A DNA stretch of 64,000 nt from Escherichia coli (lineage in GTDB: Bacteria > Pseudomonadota > Gammaproteobacteria > Enterobacterales > Enterobacteriaceae), in assembly GCF_030013205.1 (NCBI RefSeq), contig NZ_CP122648.1; one strand, given 5' to 3'. A program made the translations under genes and the position numbers. Under the pieces are notes generated by a model. That model was not told the DNA's origin. It made no database searches and worked only from the letters and a program-made list of their open reading frames with translations. Below, piece after piece: positions 1-14,480 of the stretch (the first letter of the stretch is position 1; every line of letters begins with the position of its first letter).

Positions 1-389
<389 letters not shown>

Positions 390-507
390 TTAGTGACAAG
401 CAGAGCAGAAGCACGCGACGGTGCGAATTTCCCCTCACCCTAACCTCTCCCAAAATGGGCGAGAGAATAGTCCGCGCGCTTTTATTGCAATGTCATCAAT
501 CGTTTAA

Positions 508-1263
508 TTAACTCATCGACAGCAGTTGGTTGGCACGGCCTGCGTTATCATCGACGCTGCTGATCACCTTCATCTGCATTTCAAAACGCCGCGCGCTGGC
601 AATCATGTCGCTCATTGCCGCAACGGCATTGACGTTACTGCCTTCCAGAACACCCGACATCACACGCAAGGTTGGATCTGCCTGCAGTACCGGTCCACGT
701 GTAGCCTGGCTTTCTGCGCTTAAACGAAAAATGCCGTCGTCACCGCGCTGCACTTCGCTGCCCGTGGCTTTCACCAGTTTCAGACGCCCCACTGGCGCAA
801 CCGTATTTGCCGGATCGCCCGGATTCAGCGCCGAGATTGTGCCATCGGCAGCAATAGTGATTTCCGCCCCTTCCGGCACAGCAATTGGCCCAGCCTCGCC
901 TATCACCGGATGTCCCTGAATTGTCAGTTGCCCAGTGGGATCAATCTGAATGCTGCCATTACGCGTATACCCTTCGCTACCGTCATCGGTCTGCACGGCC
1001 AGCCAGCCATCCTGCTGCAACGCAACGTCCAGCGGGCGCGAGGTGTAATCCATCTTGCCGGGCGTCATGTCTGCACCCGGCGTTGACGCCGTTACCAGCG
1101 TGCGCGTAGGCAGTGAAAGCCCTTCCACCGGCACTGCGCGCAAGGCGTTTAACTGCGCGCGAAAACCGGGCGTTGAGGCATTGGCCAGATTACTGGCAGT
1201 TACCGCCTGTTGATTCAGCGTCTGGCTGGCTGCTCCCATCGCGGTATAAATTGCGTGATCCAT
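508..1263 (-). CDS. flgF: Flagellar basal-body rod protein FlgF
   Basis: 251 aa ORF, rod-protein N-terminal motif (ASNLANASTPGF) and synteny flgE-flgF-flgG. Confidence 0.93.
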   Translation of the reverse strand: MDHAIYTAMGAASQTLNQQAVTASNLANASTPGFRAQLNALRAVPVEGLSLPTRTLVTASTPGADMTPGKMDYTSRPLDVALQQDGWLAVQTDDGSEGYTRNGSIQIDPTGQLTIQGHPVIGEAGPIAVPEGAEITIAADGTISALNPGDPANTVAPVGRLKLVKATGSEVQRGDDGIFRLSAESQATRGPVLQADPTLRVMSGVLEGSNVNAVAAMSDMIASARRFEMQMKVISSVDDNAGRANQLLSMS

Positions 1264-1282
1264 TGAGCTATCCCGTCAGCGA

Positions 1283-2488
1283 TTAGCGTAAGTTAACCAG
1301 CGTGTTGAGGATCTGGTCCTGGGTTTTGATGGTCTGGGCGTTAGACTGATAGTTACGCTGGGCAACGATCATATTGACCAGTTCTTTACTGAGATCGACG
1401 TTGGACGCTTCCAGCGCACCGTTGGTCAGGGTGCCAAAGTTGCCCGTCCCGGCTGTCCCCAACAGCGCCACGCCAGAAGATTGCGTCGCAGACCAGACGT
1501 TGTCGCCTTCGGATGCCAGACCTTCGTTGTTGGCAAAGTTCGCCAGTACAATCTGCCCCAGCAGTTGGGTTTGTTCGTTGGAATAGTTGCCGACAACCGT
1601 ACCGTCATCATTGATTTGATAACTCACCAGATCGCCCGGTTTATAGCCGTTCTGGGTGGTTGCCACAATGTTGTTAGCGCCGGTATTTTGCTGCATGGAG
1701 TTGAGGAAGCTCAGGCTAAACGTGGCAGGATCTGCGCCGTTAATTGCGCCAGTGGTAATATTCTCTGTTGGATTTGAAGTCAGAACACCATTGGCATTAA
1801 ACACCAGCGTCATTGCAGGCTCAGCTGTGCCTGTTGGATCACTGCTATCCTGGGTGTAGACCTGCCAGTTATTATCCCCGGTCTTCACAAAATACACGCT
1901 CATGTCATGAGCATTACCCTGACTATCGAAAACAGTCACCGAACCTTTTTTGTTATAGCTATCCGCATTGCTGGCATCAAATGCGTTAACAGAGGGAAGC
2001 GGATCACTGGAATTCAGGTTGATCTGCATCGACGCCGTGGTGGTAGTTTTCGCTGCCATCAGGGTATTCGGGATCGAAATATTGGTCGGATTCGCCCCTT
2101 GCTGAATAGTCGGCGGCGTACCGGTTGCCGGGTAACCCGTCAGCTGTAAACCTTGCATATTCACCAGGTTACGGTTTTCATCCAGCTTAAATTGTCCGTT
2201 ACGGCTGTAGAACACCGAACCGTTGCTGTCTACCAGACGGAAAAAACCGTTCTGGCTGATAGCAACGTCCAGACCACGCCCGGTGTTGGTGGTCGTGCCA
2301 TCGGTAAAGTCCTGAGTGATACCGGCAACTTTTACCCCCAGTCCCACTTTCGAACCGGCAAACATATCGGCAAAAGAGGCCGTGCCTGATTTAAAGCCGT
2401 AGGTGGCGGAGTTGGCGATATTGTTGCCAATAACATCGAGGTTGGTGGCGGCAGCGTTTAATCCGCTAACCGCTTGAGAAAAGGCCAT
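1283..2488 (-). CDS. flgE: Flagellar hook protein FlgE
   Basis: 401 aa ORF; conserved N- and C-terminal flagellar axial-protein motifs; synteny. Confidence 0.93.
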   Translation of the reverse strand: MAFSQAVSGLNAAATNLDVIGNNIANSATYGFKSGTASFADMFAGSKVGLGVKVAGITQDFTDGTTTNTGRGLDVAISQNGFFRLVDSNGSVFYSRNGQFKLDENRNLVNMQGLQLTGYPATGTPPTIQQGANPTNISIPNTLMAAKTTTTASMQINLNSSDPLPSVNAFDASNADSYNKKGSVTVFDSQGNAHDMSVYFVKTGDNNWQVYTQDSSDPTGTAEPAMTLVFNANGVLTSNPTENITTGAINGADPATFSLSFLNSMQQNTGANNIVATTQNGYKPGDLVSYQINDDGTVVGNYSNEQTQLLGQIVLANFANNEGLASEGDNVWSATQSSGVALLGTAGTGNFGTLTNGALEASNVDLSKELVNMIVAQRNYQSNAQTIKTQDQILNTLVNLR

Positions 2489-2512
2489 GACTGACTCCTG
2501 AAATGTGAAGGC

Positions 2513-3208
2513 TTAAATTATCTGCCGTACTTCGTCGAGGGTGGTGGTGCCGTAAGTGCCGAGATCCAGCGTATTACCGTTGTTGCCGCGGATCACACCC
2601 TGCACCAGAGCAAACTGCAGCGGCTGGGCAACCAGTTGTGTACCACCGTTACTGGCGCTAATCGCTACATTGTAAGAACCGTTCGGCGCAGTGCTGCCGT
2701 CAGTCAACGTACCGTCCCAGGTGAAACTGTGGACTCCGGCAGTCAGTTCACCGATATCAATGGTACGGACAACCGCACCGTTTTTATCGGTGATGGTGGC
2801 CGTCACTTTGTCTGCCGCCTGTTGCAGCTCAACACCAAACGGCGTGGTCGTGGTCACAGCCCCTTCTTCACTGCCGGTTCCCGCAAGAACAGTGGTGCCG
2901 GGGATCATCACGCCGTGACCGATCAGGTTACTGGCCTGTAACGACTGGCTGTTATCAATCTGTCCGGAAATAGATCCGAGCGTGGTATTGAGTTTTTCAA
3001 TCCCGCTGACCGTGCTGATTTGAGCCAATTGCGACGTCAGCTCGTTGTTTTCCATTGGATTGGTCGGGTCCTGGTTTTTCAGCTGCGCCACCAACAAAGT
3101 CAGAAAACTGCTTTGTAAATCTGCGGCGTTGCTGCCCGTGAGCGAACTACTACTGGTGGTGCTGACGCCGGTATTTGTCGGATCGGTGGTGGTTACCGCA
3201 ATGGACAT
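2513..3208 (-). CDS. flgD: Flagellar hook capping/assembly protein FlgD
   Basis: 231 aa ORF between flgC and flgE; Ser/Thr-rich N-terminus typical of FlgD. Confidence 0.9.
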   Translation of the reverse strand: MSIAVTTTDPTNTGVSTTSSSSLTGSNAADLQSSFLTLLVAQLKNQDPTNPMENNELTSQLAQISTVSGIEKLNTTLGSISGQIDNSQSLQASNLIGHGVMIPGTTVLAGTGSEEGAVTTTTPFGVELQQAADKVTATITDKNGAVVRTIDIGELTAGVHSFTWDGTLTDGSTAPNGSYNVAISASNGGTQLVAQPLQFALVQGVIRGNNGNTLDLGTYGTTTLDEVRQII

Positions 3209-3219
3209 AGTTTTCTCCT

Positions 3220-3624
3220 TTATTGACCGAGCGTAAGGGTTTTCAGCATCATGCTTTTCACCGTGTTGAGCACTTCAACATTGGCCTGATAGCTGCGTGA
3301 CGCCGACATGGTGTTAACCATCTCTCCGACGACATCAACGTTTGGCATTTTCACGTAGCCCTTTGCATCCGCCAGCGGATTACCCGGTTCATAAACCAGT
3401 TTGTCCGGGGCCTGACTTTCTATAACATCGGCAACCTTTACGCCGCCTGTCGCAGCACCTGGTGCAGCGTTAACCTGGAATACCACCTGTTTTGCCCGAT
3501 ATGGCTGTCCATCGGGACCGGTCACGCTATCAGCATTCGCCAGATTACTGGCCGCCACGTTCAGGCGCTGGGACTGGGCAGTTAACGCCGACCCGGCGAT
3601 ATCAAAAATATTCAGCAGTGCCAT
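3220..3624 (-). CDS. flgC: Flagellar basal-body rod protein FlgC
   Basis: 134 aa ORF, rod protein motifs, synteny. Confidence 0.93.
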
Positions 3625-3627
3625 CCG

Positions 3628-4044
3628 TTAATTTCCGCTCTGTAAAACGTTCATCATGCCTTTGATTTGCCCGCTCAACGCGCTAAGGCTCATCTGGTAT
3701 TGCAGGCTGTTATCGGCAAACTGGGTACGTTCGCGATCCATATCGACGGTATTACCGTCAAGCGAAGGCTGGTCCGGAATACGGTATTGCAGTTCTGCGG
3801 TAGGAGGCGTCAGCGCCTGCGCCGGAATGTGTTGCGTTGAGGTCATCGTCAGTGCAACCACGCTTGTTGCATCCCGTCCACGTTGCATGACTTTTTTAAG
3901 TTCACTGGCAAAATCGATATCGCGCGCCTGATAACCAGGGGTATCGGCATTGGCGATGTTTGCTGCCAGCACTTCCTGACGCTGGGCGCGCAGATTGAGC
4001 GCCTCTTGTTGAAAACGTAAGGCGGCGTCGAGCTTATCGAGCAT
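3628..4044 (-). CDS. flgB: Flagellar basal-body rod protein FlgB
   Basis: 138 aa ORF, first gene of flgB operon, divergent from flgA. Confidence 0.93.
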
Positions 4045-4198
4045 ATCTCCTCCGCAGGTATCAAAATTCTGCCATCAGCTTAAATGCCTTTACGCGCGCG
4101 TTATCGGCGGAATAAACGCAAAATGGGTCGCTATTTATGCCGTTGATGGTCATTGCGGACAGGTACAATTCACGTTGTAGAAATGGCAGGGGGTGAAA

Positions 4199-4858
4199 AT
4201 GCTGGCAATAAAACGTAGCGTGGCAATCATCGCGATACTGTTCAGTCCGTTAAGTGCGGCGAGCAATCTCACATCGCAATTGCACACCTTTTTTAGCGCC
4301 CAGCTCGCGGGGGTAAGTGATGAGGTTCGTGTTTCTATTCGTACAGCGCCCAATCTACTACCGCCGTGCGAGCAGCCATTGCTTTCGATGAGCAATAATT
4401 CCCGCCTGTGGGGCAATGTGAATGTGTTGGCACGCTGCGGTAACGACAAACGATATTTACAGGTTAATGTGCAGGCCACAGGAAATTATGTGGTTGCCGC
4501 AATGCCCATTGTGCGGGGAGGAAAGCTGGAAGCTGGCAATGTCAAACTGAAACGCGGACGGCTGGACACCTTGCCACCGCGTACGGTGCTGGATATCAAT
4601 CAACTTGTTGATGCCGTTAGCCTGCGCGATCTATCACCCGATCAACCTATCCAGTTAACCCAGTTTCGCCAGGCATGGCGGGTAAAAGCGGGACAACGCG
4701 TCAACGTGATCGCCAGCGGTGATGGGTTTAGCGCCAACGCAGAAGGTCAGGCGCTGAACAATGCTGCCGTCGCACAGAATGCGCGGGTGCGCATGGTATC
4801 GGGACAGGTGGTCAGCGGCGTTGTTGATGCAGATGGGAATATTCTTATAAACCTGTAA
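4199..4858 (+). CDS. flgA: Flagellar P-ring assembly chaperone FlgA
   Basis: ORF track starts at GTG 4193; ATG at 4199 gives 219 aa with signal peptide (AIIAILFSPLSAAS); divergent from flgB. Confidence 0.88.
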   Translation: MLAIKRSVAIIAILFSPLSAASNLTSQLHTFFSAQLAGVSDEVRVSIRTAPNLLPPCEQPLLSMSNNSRLWGNVNVLARCGNDKRYLQVNVQATGNYVVAAMPIVRGGKLEAGNVKLKRGRLDTLPPRTVLDINQLVDAVSLRDLSPDQPIQLTQFRQAWRVKAGQRVNVIASGDGFSANAEGQALNNAAVAQNARVRMVSGQVVSGVVDADGNILINL

Positions 4859-4863
4859 GCTGT

Positions 4864-4890
4864 TAAAGATTACCCGTCCCTTGCCGATAA
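4864..4890 (+). promoter_or_regulatory. Sigma-28 (FliA) class 3 flagellar promoter for flgMN
   Basis: TAAAGATT-N11-GCCGATAA matches the sigma-28 consensus TAAAGTTT-N11-GCCGATAA, about 45 bp upstream of flgM start. Confidence 0.6.
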
Positions 4891-4933
4891 ATAAGCAACA
4901 CATGATAAAAGCGCCCTCAATGAGGAATAAACA

Positions 4934-5227
4934 ATGAGTATTGATCGCACTTCGCCTCTGAAGCCCGTAAGCACCGTTCAACCGCGCGAAACCATTGACG
5001 CGCCGGTAACGAACACCCGGGCGGCAAAAACAACCGCCTCCACCAGCACCAGTGTGACGTTAAGCGACGCGCAAGCAAAACTGATGCAACCCGGCAGCAG
5101 TGATATCAATCTTGAACGTGTCGAAGCGTTAAAACTGGCGATTCGTAACGGTGAACTAAAAATGGACACCGGCAAAATTGCCGATGCGCTGATCAACGAA
5201 GCGCAGCAAGACTTGCAGAGTAACTGA
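4934..5227 (+). CDS. flgM: Anti-sigma-28 factor FlgM
   Basis: 97 aa ORF; position between flgA and flgN. Confidence 0.92.
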   Translation: MSIDRTSPLKPVSTVQPRETIDAPVTNTRAAKTTASTSTSVTLSDAQAKLMQPGSSDINLERVEALKLAIRNGELKMDTGKIADALINEAQQDLQSN

Positions 5228-5231
5228 TCGT

Positions 5232-7311
<2,080 letters not shown>

Positions 7312-7333
7312 CTACCGCCAGATGTTACAGGGT

Positions 7334-8257
7334 TTATTCACTCATCGCATCGCGCCAGATCTTGTCAACGATACGTTGCGCCAGCACTGCCTGTTCGCCG
7401 GCGGTTTGCGGAACTGTCTGATTTTGCACGCATTCAATGAAGTGCCGCGCACAGCCGACAAATCCACGTTGCTCAAGCGTACTCTGCCAACCAGGAATCG
7501 GTTTATTCACTACACCCTGCCCACGCTCCTCACGCCATTCGCGCATATCCGTAATGTCGATGAGCGCACCGTCAGTCACGGCCTGCACGGTTTCACGCTG
7601 GCTTCCGGCACGGCGATGCATACAGGTGGTGATCTGCAAAGGACCGGCCGAAAAATGGTGCTCGGCAAACAGCATTTCGCCAGCGTCATTAGTCAGTAGC
7701 GTACCGCCATCCAGAGAGGCTTTACCGCCCGACAACCACAGCGCGGTATCCACCACATGCAGATAATCATCCAGCAACGTGAAATAAAGATCGTGTGGCC
7801 CGACGCTATTGCTACGATGTTTATCCATTCTTAGCGAGGCTGCGGTGGCGAGTTGCGTTTTTAACTCACCGTAGAGTGGTGCGAAACGACGGTTAAAACC
7901 GACCATCAACGTCAGTTTTTTCCGCGCCGCAAGTTCCACCAGCCGTTCAGCATCGCGCAGATTTTCTGCCAGCGGTTTATCGACACAGACATGTCCCCCC
8001 GCATTGAGTAACGTACTGACCACGTCAAAGTGGCTGGCGGTGCTGGAATGCACAAAAACCGCATCGCAACTGGCGGCAAGGCTGGATAACGAATCGGAAT
8101 AAGGAATGCGCCAGCTGTCACAAATTGGCAAGGCTTTCGCGCGCGTAGGCGACCACGCACCTTGTAACGTCCAGTCAGACGCTGCCGCCAGCACCGGTAA
8201 CCACGCTTTTTGCGCAATGCCGCCTAACCCCACTACGCCGATACGTAATTTTTTCAC
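7334..8257 (-). CDS. yceM: Gfo/Idh/MocA-family oxidoreductase YceM (MviM)
   Basis: NAD-binding Rossmann N-terminus KKLRIGVVGLGGIAQKAW; GTG start assumed at 8255-8257; synteny with murJ. Confidence 0.82.
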   Translation of the reverse strand: MKKLRIGVVGLGGIAQKAWLPVLAAASDWTLQGAWSPTRAKALPICDSWRIPYSDSLSSLAASCDAVFVHSSTASHFDVVSTLLNAGGHVCVDKPLAENLRDAERLVELAARKKLTLMVGFNRRFAPLYGELKTQLATAASLRMDKHRSNSVGPHDLYFTLLDDYLHVVDTALWLSGGKASLDGGTLLTNDAGEMLFAEHHFSAGPLQITTCMHRRAGSQRETVQAVTDGALIDITDMREWREERGQGVVNKPIPGWQSTLEQRGFVGCARHFIECVQNQTVPQTAGEQAVLAQRIVDKIWRDAMSE

Positions 8258-8258
8258 T

Positions 8259-9501
<1,243 letters not shown>

Positions 9502-9736
9502 TCTATACCTACTCCTTCCCGTAACGTCTTTAATACGCTGTAAGTATTACTATACCTGCGCAACCAGACCCTGTGAAAAGTCCAGAATGCCATTTTCTGC
9601 ATTATTCACATATTTGATAAAAACTCTCTATCAAAGCGACGTTTTGATAAAAAAATATTGTCCCCGAAGTGATGGGAAAAGTCTTAGCGGCAATGCAGAA
9701 TAGAAAGTGCTCATCTTTTATTTCCCGGGAGGGGAA

Positions 9737-10945
9737 ATGTCCCGCGTGTCGCAGGCGAGGAACCTGGGTAAATATTTCCTGCTCATCGATAATATGCTGG
9801 TCGTGCTGGGGTTCTTTGTTGTCTTCCCGCTGATCTCTATCCGCTTCGTTGATCAAATGGGCTGGGCCGCCGTCATGGTCGGTATTGCCCTCGGCCTACG
9901 CCAGTTTATTCAGCAAGGTCTGGGTATTTTCGGCGGAGCAATTGCCGACCGCTTTGGTGCCAAACCGATGATTGTTACCGGTATGCTGATGCGTGCCGCC
10001 GGATTCGCCACAATGGGTATCGCCCACGAACCGTGGCTACTGTGGTTTTCATGCCTGCTCTCGGGACTCGGCGGCACGTTGTTTGATCCGCCGCGTTCGG
10101 CGCTGGTGGTGAAACTAATCCGTCCACAGCAGCGTGGTCGTTTTTTCTCGCTGTTGATGATGCAGGACAGTGCCGGTGCGGTCATTGGCGCATTGTTGGG
10201 GAGCTGGCTGTTGCAATACGACTTTCGCCTGGTCTGCGCCACAGGGGCAGTTTTGTTTGTGCTGTGTGCAGCGTTCAATGCGTGGTTGTTACCGGCATGG
10301 AAACTCTCCACTGTACGCACGCCCGTTCGCGAAGGCATGACCCGCGTGATGCGTGACAAGCGTTTTGTCACCTATGTCCTGACGCTGGCGGGTTACTACA
10401 TGCTGGCTGTACAAGTGATGCTGATGCTGCCAATTATGGTCAACGACGTGGCGGGCGCGCCCTCTGCCGTTAAATGGATGTATGCCATTGAAGCGTGTCT
10501 GTCGTTAACGTTGCTCTATCCTATCGCCCGCTGGAGTGAAAAGCATTTTCGTCTGGAACATCGGTTGATGGCTGGGCTGTTGATAATGTCATTAAGCATG
10601 ATGCCAGTGGGCATGGTCAGCGGCCTGCAACAACTTTTCACCCTGATTTGTCTGTTTTATATCGGGTCGATCATTGCCGAGCCTGCGCGTGAAACCTTAA
10701 GTGCTTCGCTGGCAGACGCAAGAGCTCGCGGCAGCTATATGGGGTTTAGCCGTCTGGGTCTGGCGATTGGCGGCGCTATTGGTTATATCGGTGGCGGCTG
10801 GCTGTTTGACCTGGGCAAATCGGCGCACCAGCCAGAGCTTCCGTGGATGATGCTGGGCATTATTGGCATCTTCACTTTCCTTGCGCTGGGTTGGCAGTTT
10901 AGCCAGAAACGCGCCGCGCGTCGTTTGCTGGAACGCGACGCCTGA
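9737..10945 (+). CDS. mdtH: MFS transporter MdtH
   Basis: 12-TM MFS-like protein; start set at [14 protein letters not shown] (402 aa) rather than upstream track start. Confidence 0.88.
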
Positions 10946-11008
10946 TTTGATACTCCCCCCTGACTCCTCCATACTGAAAGTGAACTGACAGCCAAATGGA
11001 GGAGTCAC

Positions 11009-11656
11009 GTGAAGCTATACATTTACGATCACTGCCCTTACTGCCTCAAAGCCCGCATGATTTTCGGCCTGAAAAATATCCCCGTCGAATTACATGTTCT
11101 GCTCAACGACGACGCAGAAACACCCACCCGGATGGTCGGTCAAAAACAGGTTCCCATTCTGCAAAAAGATGACAGCCGCTATATGCCAGAAAGCATGGAC
11201 ATCGTTCACTATGTCGATAAACTCGACGGCAAACCGTTACTGACCGGCAAACGTTCCCCTGCCATTGAAGAGTGGCTGCGCAAGGTCAATGGCTACGCCA
11301 ACAAACTGCTGTTGCCGCGTTTTGCCAAATCGGCATTTGATGAGTTTTCTACTCCTGCCGCGCGCAAATATTTCGTCGACAAGAAAGAGGCCAGCGCGGG
11401 TAATTTTGCCGACCTGCTGGCCCACTCTGACGGTCTGATTAAGAATATCAGCGATGATTTACGTGCGCTGGACAAACTGATCGTCAAACCGAACGCCGTG
11501 AATGGCGAACTTTCGGAAGATGATATTCAGCTATTTCCGCTCCTGCGTAATCTGACGCTGGTAGCCGGAATCAACTGGCCAAGCCGCGTTGCTGATTACC
11601 GCGATAATATGGCGAAACAGACACAAATCAATTTGTTATCATCAATGGCGATTTAA
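11009..11656 (+). CDS. grxB: Glutaredoxin 2
   Basis: 215 aa, N-terminal CPYC active-site motif (DHCPYCLKARM). Confidence 0.93.
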   Translation: MKLYIYDHCPYCLKARMIFGLKNIPVELHVLLNDDAETPTRMVGQKQVPILQKDDSRYMPESMDIVHYVDKLDGKPLLTGKRSPAIEEWLRKVNGYANKLLLPRFAKSAFDEFSTPAARKYFVDKKEASAGNFADLLAHSDGLIKNISDDLRALDKLIVKPNAVNGELSEDDIQLFPLLRNLTLVAGINWPSRVADYRDNMAKQTQINLLSSMAI

Positions 11657-11789
11657 TCCTGACCCGCCGCGGCAGCCTGTATTCGCGGGTTGCCGCCGTT
11701 TTCAGTTTTTTCTGCTGGCGCGTTTATCGCTGGTGACACATGCTGCGTTGTGTCAGGATATTGACGCAGATTTCATGTCGAGGACTACC

Positions 11790-12350
11790 ATGAACAAGTT
11801 TTTATTTGCCGCTGCATTGATCGTCAGTGGCCTGCTCGTTGGCTGTAATCAACTCACCCAATACACCATCACCGAACAAGAAATTAACCAGTCGCTTGCG
11901 AAACATAATAATTTCTCAAAAGATATCGGTTTACCCGGCGTGGCTGACGCCCATATTGTTCTGACAAACCTGACCAGCCAAATTGGTCGCGAAGAGCCGA
12001 ATAAGGTTACCTTAACCGGAGACGCCAATCTGGACATGAACTCCCTGTTCGGTAGCCAGAAAGCGACCATGAAACTGAAGCTGAAAGCGCTGCCCGTGTT
12101 TGATAAAGAAAAAGGTGCGATCTTCCTGAAAGAGATGGAAGTGGTCGATGCGACGGTACAACCGGAAAAAATGCAAACGGTGATGCAAACGTTGCTCCCC
12201 TATTTGAACCAGGCATTACGCAATTACTTTAACCAGCAACCAGCTTACGTCCTGCACGAAGATGGCAGCCAGGGCGAAGCAATGGCGAAGAAACTGGCGA
12301 AAGGCATTGAAGTGAAGCCAGGCGAAATTGTCATTCCGTTTACGGATTAA
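11790..12350 (+). CDS. yceB: Lipoprotein YceB (DUF1439)
   Basis: Signal peptide with lipobox LLVGC; GAGGA ribosome-binding site before ATG 11790; track ORF start upstream is in grxB tail. Confidence 0.85.
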   Translation: MNKFLFAAALIVSGLLVGCNQLTQYTITEQEINQSLAKHNNFSKDIGLPGVADAHIVLTNLTSQIGREEPNKVTLTGDANLDMNSLFGSQKATMKLKLKALPVFDKEKGAIFLKEMEVVDATVQPEKMQTVMQTLLPYLNQALRNYFNQQPAYVLHEDGSQGEAMAKKLAKGIEVKPGEIVIPFTD

Positions 12351-12355
12351 TCACG

Positions 12356-12382
12356 AGGGCGCATTCGCGCCCTTTATTTTTC
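12356..12382 (+). terminator. Rho-independent terminator after yceB
   Basis: GC-rich inverted repeat AGGGCGCATTCGCGCCCT followed by T-run. Confidence 0.5.
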
Positions 12383-12388
12383 GTGCAA

Positions 12389-12404
12389 AGGAAAACGTTT
12401 CCGC
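12389..12404 (+). promoter_or_regulatory. Putative PurR operator (pur box) in pyrC promoter
   Basis: Palindrome AGGAAAACGTTTCCGC resembles the PurR consensus ACGCAAACGTTTTCNT; pyrC is a known PurR target. Confidence 0.45.
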
Positions 12405-12455
12405 TTATCCTTTGTGTCCGGCAAAAACATCCCTTCAGCCGGAGCATAGAGATTA

Positions 12456-13502
12456 ATGACTGCACCATCCCAGGTATTAAAGATCCGCCGCCCAGACGAC
12501 TGGCACCTTCACCTCCGCGATGGCGACATGTTAAAAACTGTCGTGCCGTATACCAGCGAAATTTATGGACGGGCTATCGTAATGCCCAATCTGGCTCCGC
12601 CCGTGACCACCGTTGAGGCTGCCGTGGCTTATCGCCAGCGTATTCTTGACGCCGTACCTGCCGGGCACGATTTCAGCCCGCTGATGACCTGTTATTTGAC
12701 AGATTCACTAGACCCTAATGAGCTTGAGCGTGGATTTAACGAAGGCGTGTTCACCGCTGCCAAACTTTACCCGGCAAACGCAACCACTAACTCCAGTCAC
12801 GGCGTGACGTCAGTTGACGCAATCATGCCGGTACTTGAGCGCATGGAAAAAATCGGTATGCCGTTACTGGTGCATGGTGAAGTGACACATGCAGATATCG
12901 ACATTTTTGATCGTGAAGCGCGCTTTATTGAAAGCGTGATGGAACCGCTGCGCCAGCGCCTGACTGCGCTGAAAGTCGTTTTTGAGCACATCACCACCAA
13001 AGACGCTGCCGACTATGTCCGTGACGGAAATGAACGGCTGGCTGCCACCATCACTCCGCAGCATCTGATGTTTAACCGCAACCATATGCTGGTTGGTGGC
13101 GTGCGTCCGCACCTGTATTGTCTGCCCATCCTCAAACGCAATATTCACCAACAGGCATTGCGTGAACTGGTCGCCAGCGGTTTTAATCGCGTATTCCTCG
13201 GTACGGATTCTGCGCCGCATGCACGTCATCGCAAAGAGAGCAGCTGCGGCTGCGCGGGCTGCTTCAACGCCCCAACCGCGCTGGGCAGTTACGCTACCGT
13301 CTTTGAAGAGATGAATGCTCTGCAGCACTTTGAAGCATTCTGTTCTGTAAACGGCCCGCAGTTCTACGGGTTGCCGGTCAACGACACATTCATCGAACTG
13401 GTACGTGAAGAGCAACAGGTTGCTGAAAGCATCGCACTGACTGATGACACCCTGGTGCCATTCCTCGCTGGGGAAACGGTACGCTGGTCCGTTAAACAAT
13501 AA
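12456..13502 (+). CDS. pyrC: Dihydroorotase
   Basis: 348 aa amidohydrolase; N-terminal metal-binding HLHLRDG motif. Confidence 0.94.
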   Translation: MTAPSQVLKIRRPDDWHLHLRDGDMLKTVVPYTSEIYGRAIVMPNLAPPVTTVEAAVAYRQRILDAVPAGHDFSPLMTCYLTDSLDPNELERGFNEGVFTAAKLYPANATTNSSHGVTSVDAIMPVLERMEKIGMPLLVHGEVTHADIDIFDREARFIESVMEPLRQRLTALKVVFEHITTKDAADYVRDGNERLAATITPQHLMFNRNHMLVGGVRPHLYCLPILKRNIHQQALRELVASGFNRVFLGTDSAPHARHRKESSCGCAGCFNAPTALGSYATVFEEMNALQHFEAFCSVNGPQFYGLPVNDTFIELVREEQQVAESIALTDDTLVPFLAGETVRWSVKQ

Positions 13503-13538
13503 AAATCGTAGCTTCCTGTTGTCATTAGGTTATTTTAC

Positions 13539-13554
13539 CTGTATAAATAACCAG
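13539..13554 (+). promoter_or_regulatory. LexA (SOS) box of dinI
   Basis: CTGTATAAATAACCAG matches CTG-N10-CAG LexA consensus, about 20 bp upstream of dinI start. Confidence 0.6.
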
Positions 13555-13575
13555 TATATTCAACAGGGGGCTATT

Positions 13576-13821
13576 ATGCGAATTGAAGTCACCATAGCGA
13601 AAACTTCTCCATTGCCAGCTGGGGCTATTGACGCCCTGGCTGGCGAACTTTCCCGCCGTATTCAGTATGCGTTTCCTGATAATGAAGGCCACGTATCGGT
13701 ACGTTATGCCGCAGCGAATAATTTATCGGTTATTGGCGCGACAAAAGAAGATAAACAGCGCATTAGCGAAATTCTCCAGGAAACGTGGGAAAGCGCCGAT
13801 GACTGGTTTGTCAGCGAATAA
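13576..13821 (+). CDS. dinI: DNA damage-inducible protein I
   Basis: 81 aa from internal ATG (MRIEVTIAKTSPLPAGAIDALAGEL...); LexA box upstream. Confidence 0.9.
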   Translation: MRIEVTIAKTSPLPAGAIDALAGELSRRIQYAFPDNEGHVSVRYAAANNLSVIGATKEDKQRISEILQETWESADDWFVSE

Positions 13822-13842
13822 TATGCAGTGATTTTTGTTTTT

Positions 13843-13869
13843 GCCGGGTCGCCCCGGCTTTTTTATTTT
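13843..13869 (+). terminator. Rho-independent terminator after dinI
   Basis: GCCGGGTCGCCCCGGC hairpin followed by TTTTTTATTTT. Confidence 0.5.
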
Positions 13870-14111
13870 ACTTACAAATTTCGAGTACAAAATTTCTACA
13901 CTTCCTCAAAATAATTGCACAATATGCTAAAAAAAATATGAGTGACATGCTGTTTTATTGTTCATATAAATCTTAAAAGCAAAAATTTATCTGTTCCCCC
14001 CTTTAAAAATTCGGTGAATACCCTTACTTATTGGTATACTGAAGTTGCTTCAGATAAAAACGCATTGAACCTCGAATAACGTTGTCTAGTAACACGAATT
14101 AGGGGGCCATG

Positions 14112-14366
14112 ATGGAAAAAAATAATGAAGTCATTCAGACTCATCCGCTCGTAGGGTGGGACATCAGCACCGTTGATAGCTATGATGCGCTGATGTTGCG
14201 TTTGCACTACCAGACCCCAAATAAGTCCGAGCAGGAAGGGACTGAAGTTGGTCAGACGCTCTGGTTAACCACTGATGTTGCCAGACAATTTATTTCGATA
14301 TTAGAAGCAGGAATCGCCAAAATTGAATCCGGTGATTTCCCGGTAAACGAGTATCGGCGTCATTAA
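14112..14366 (+). CDS. bssS: Biofilm regulator BssS
   Basis: 84 aa small protein in conserved position between dinI and solA. Confidence 0.82.
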   Translation: MEKNNEVIQTHPLVGWDISTVDSYDALMLRLHYQTPNKSEQEGTEVGQTLWLTTDVARQFISILEAGIAKIESGDFPVNEYRRH

Positions 14367-14480
14367 CATGACATGACCATCCACCCAAAAGGCACCTCAC
14401 CGGTGCCTTTACCATTTCTGGGTTGTATATCTGCATTCAGTTAATTACTCTGCTTAAACCATGAGAGCAGAGAGAAAAAA

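Noticed and set aside
526-4064. Numerous 60-130 codon ORFs antisense to or overlapping flgF/E/D/C/B (e.g. 526-723, 1481-1777, 2636-2941)
   Set aside because: Embedded in well-supported flagellar genes; typical spurious ORFs of GC-rich coding DNA
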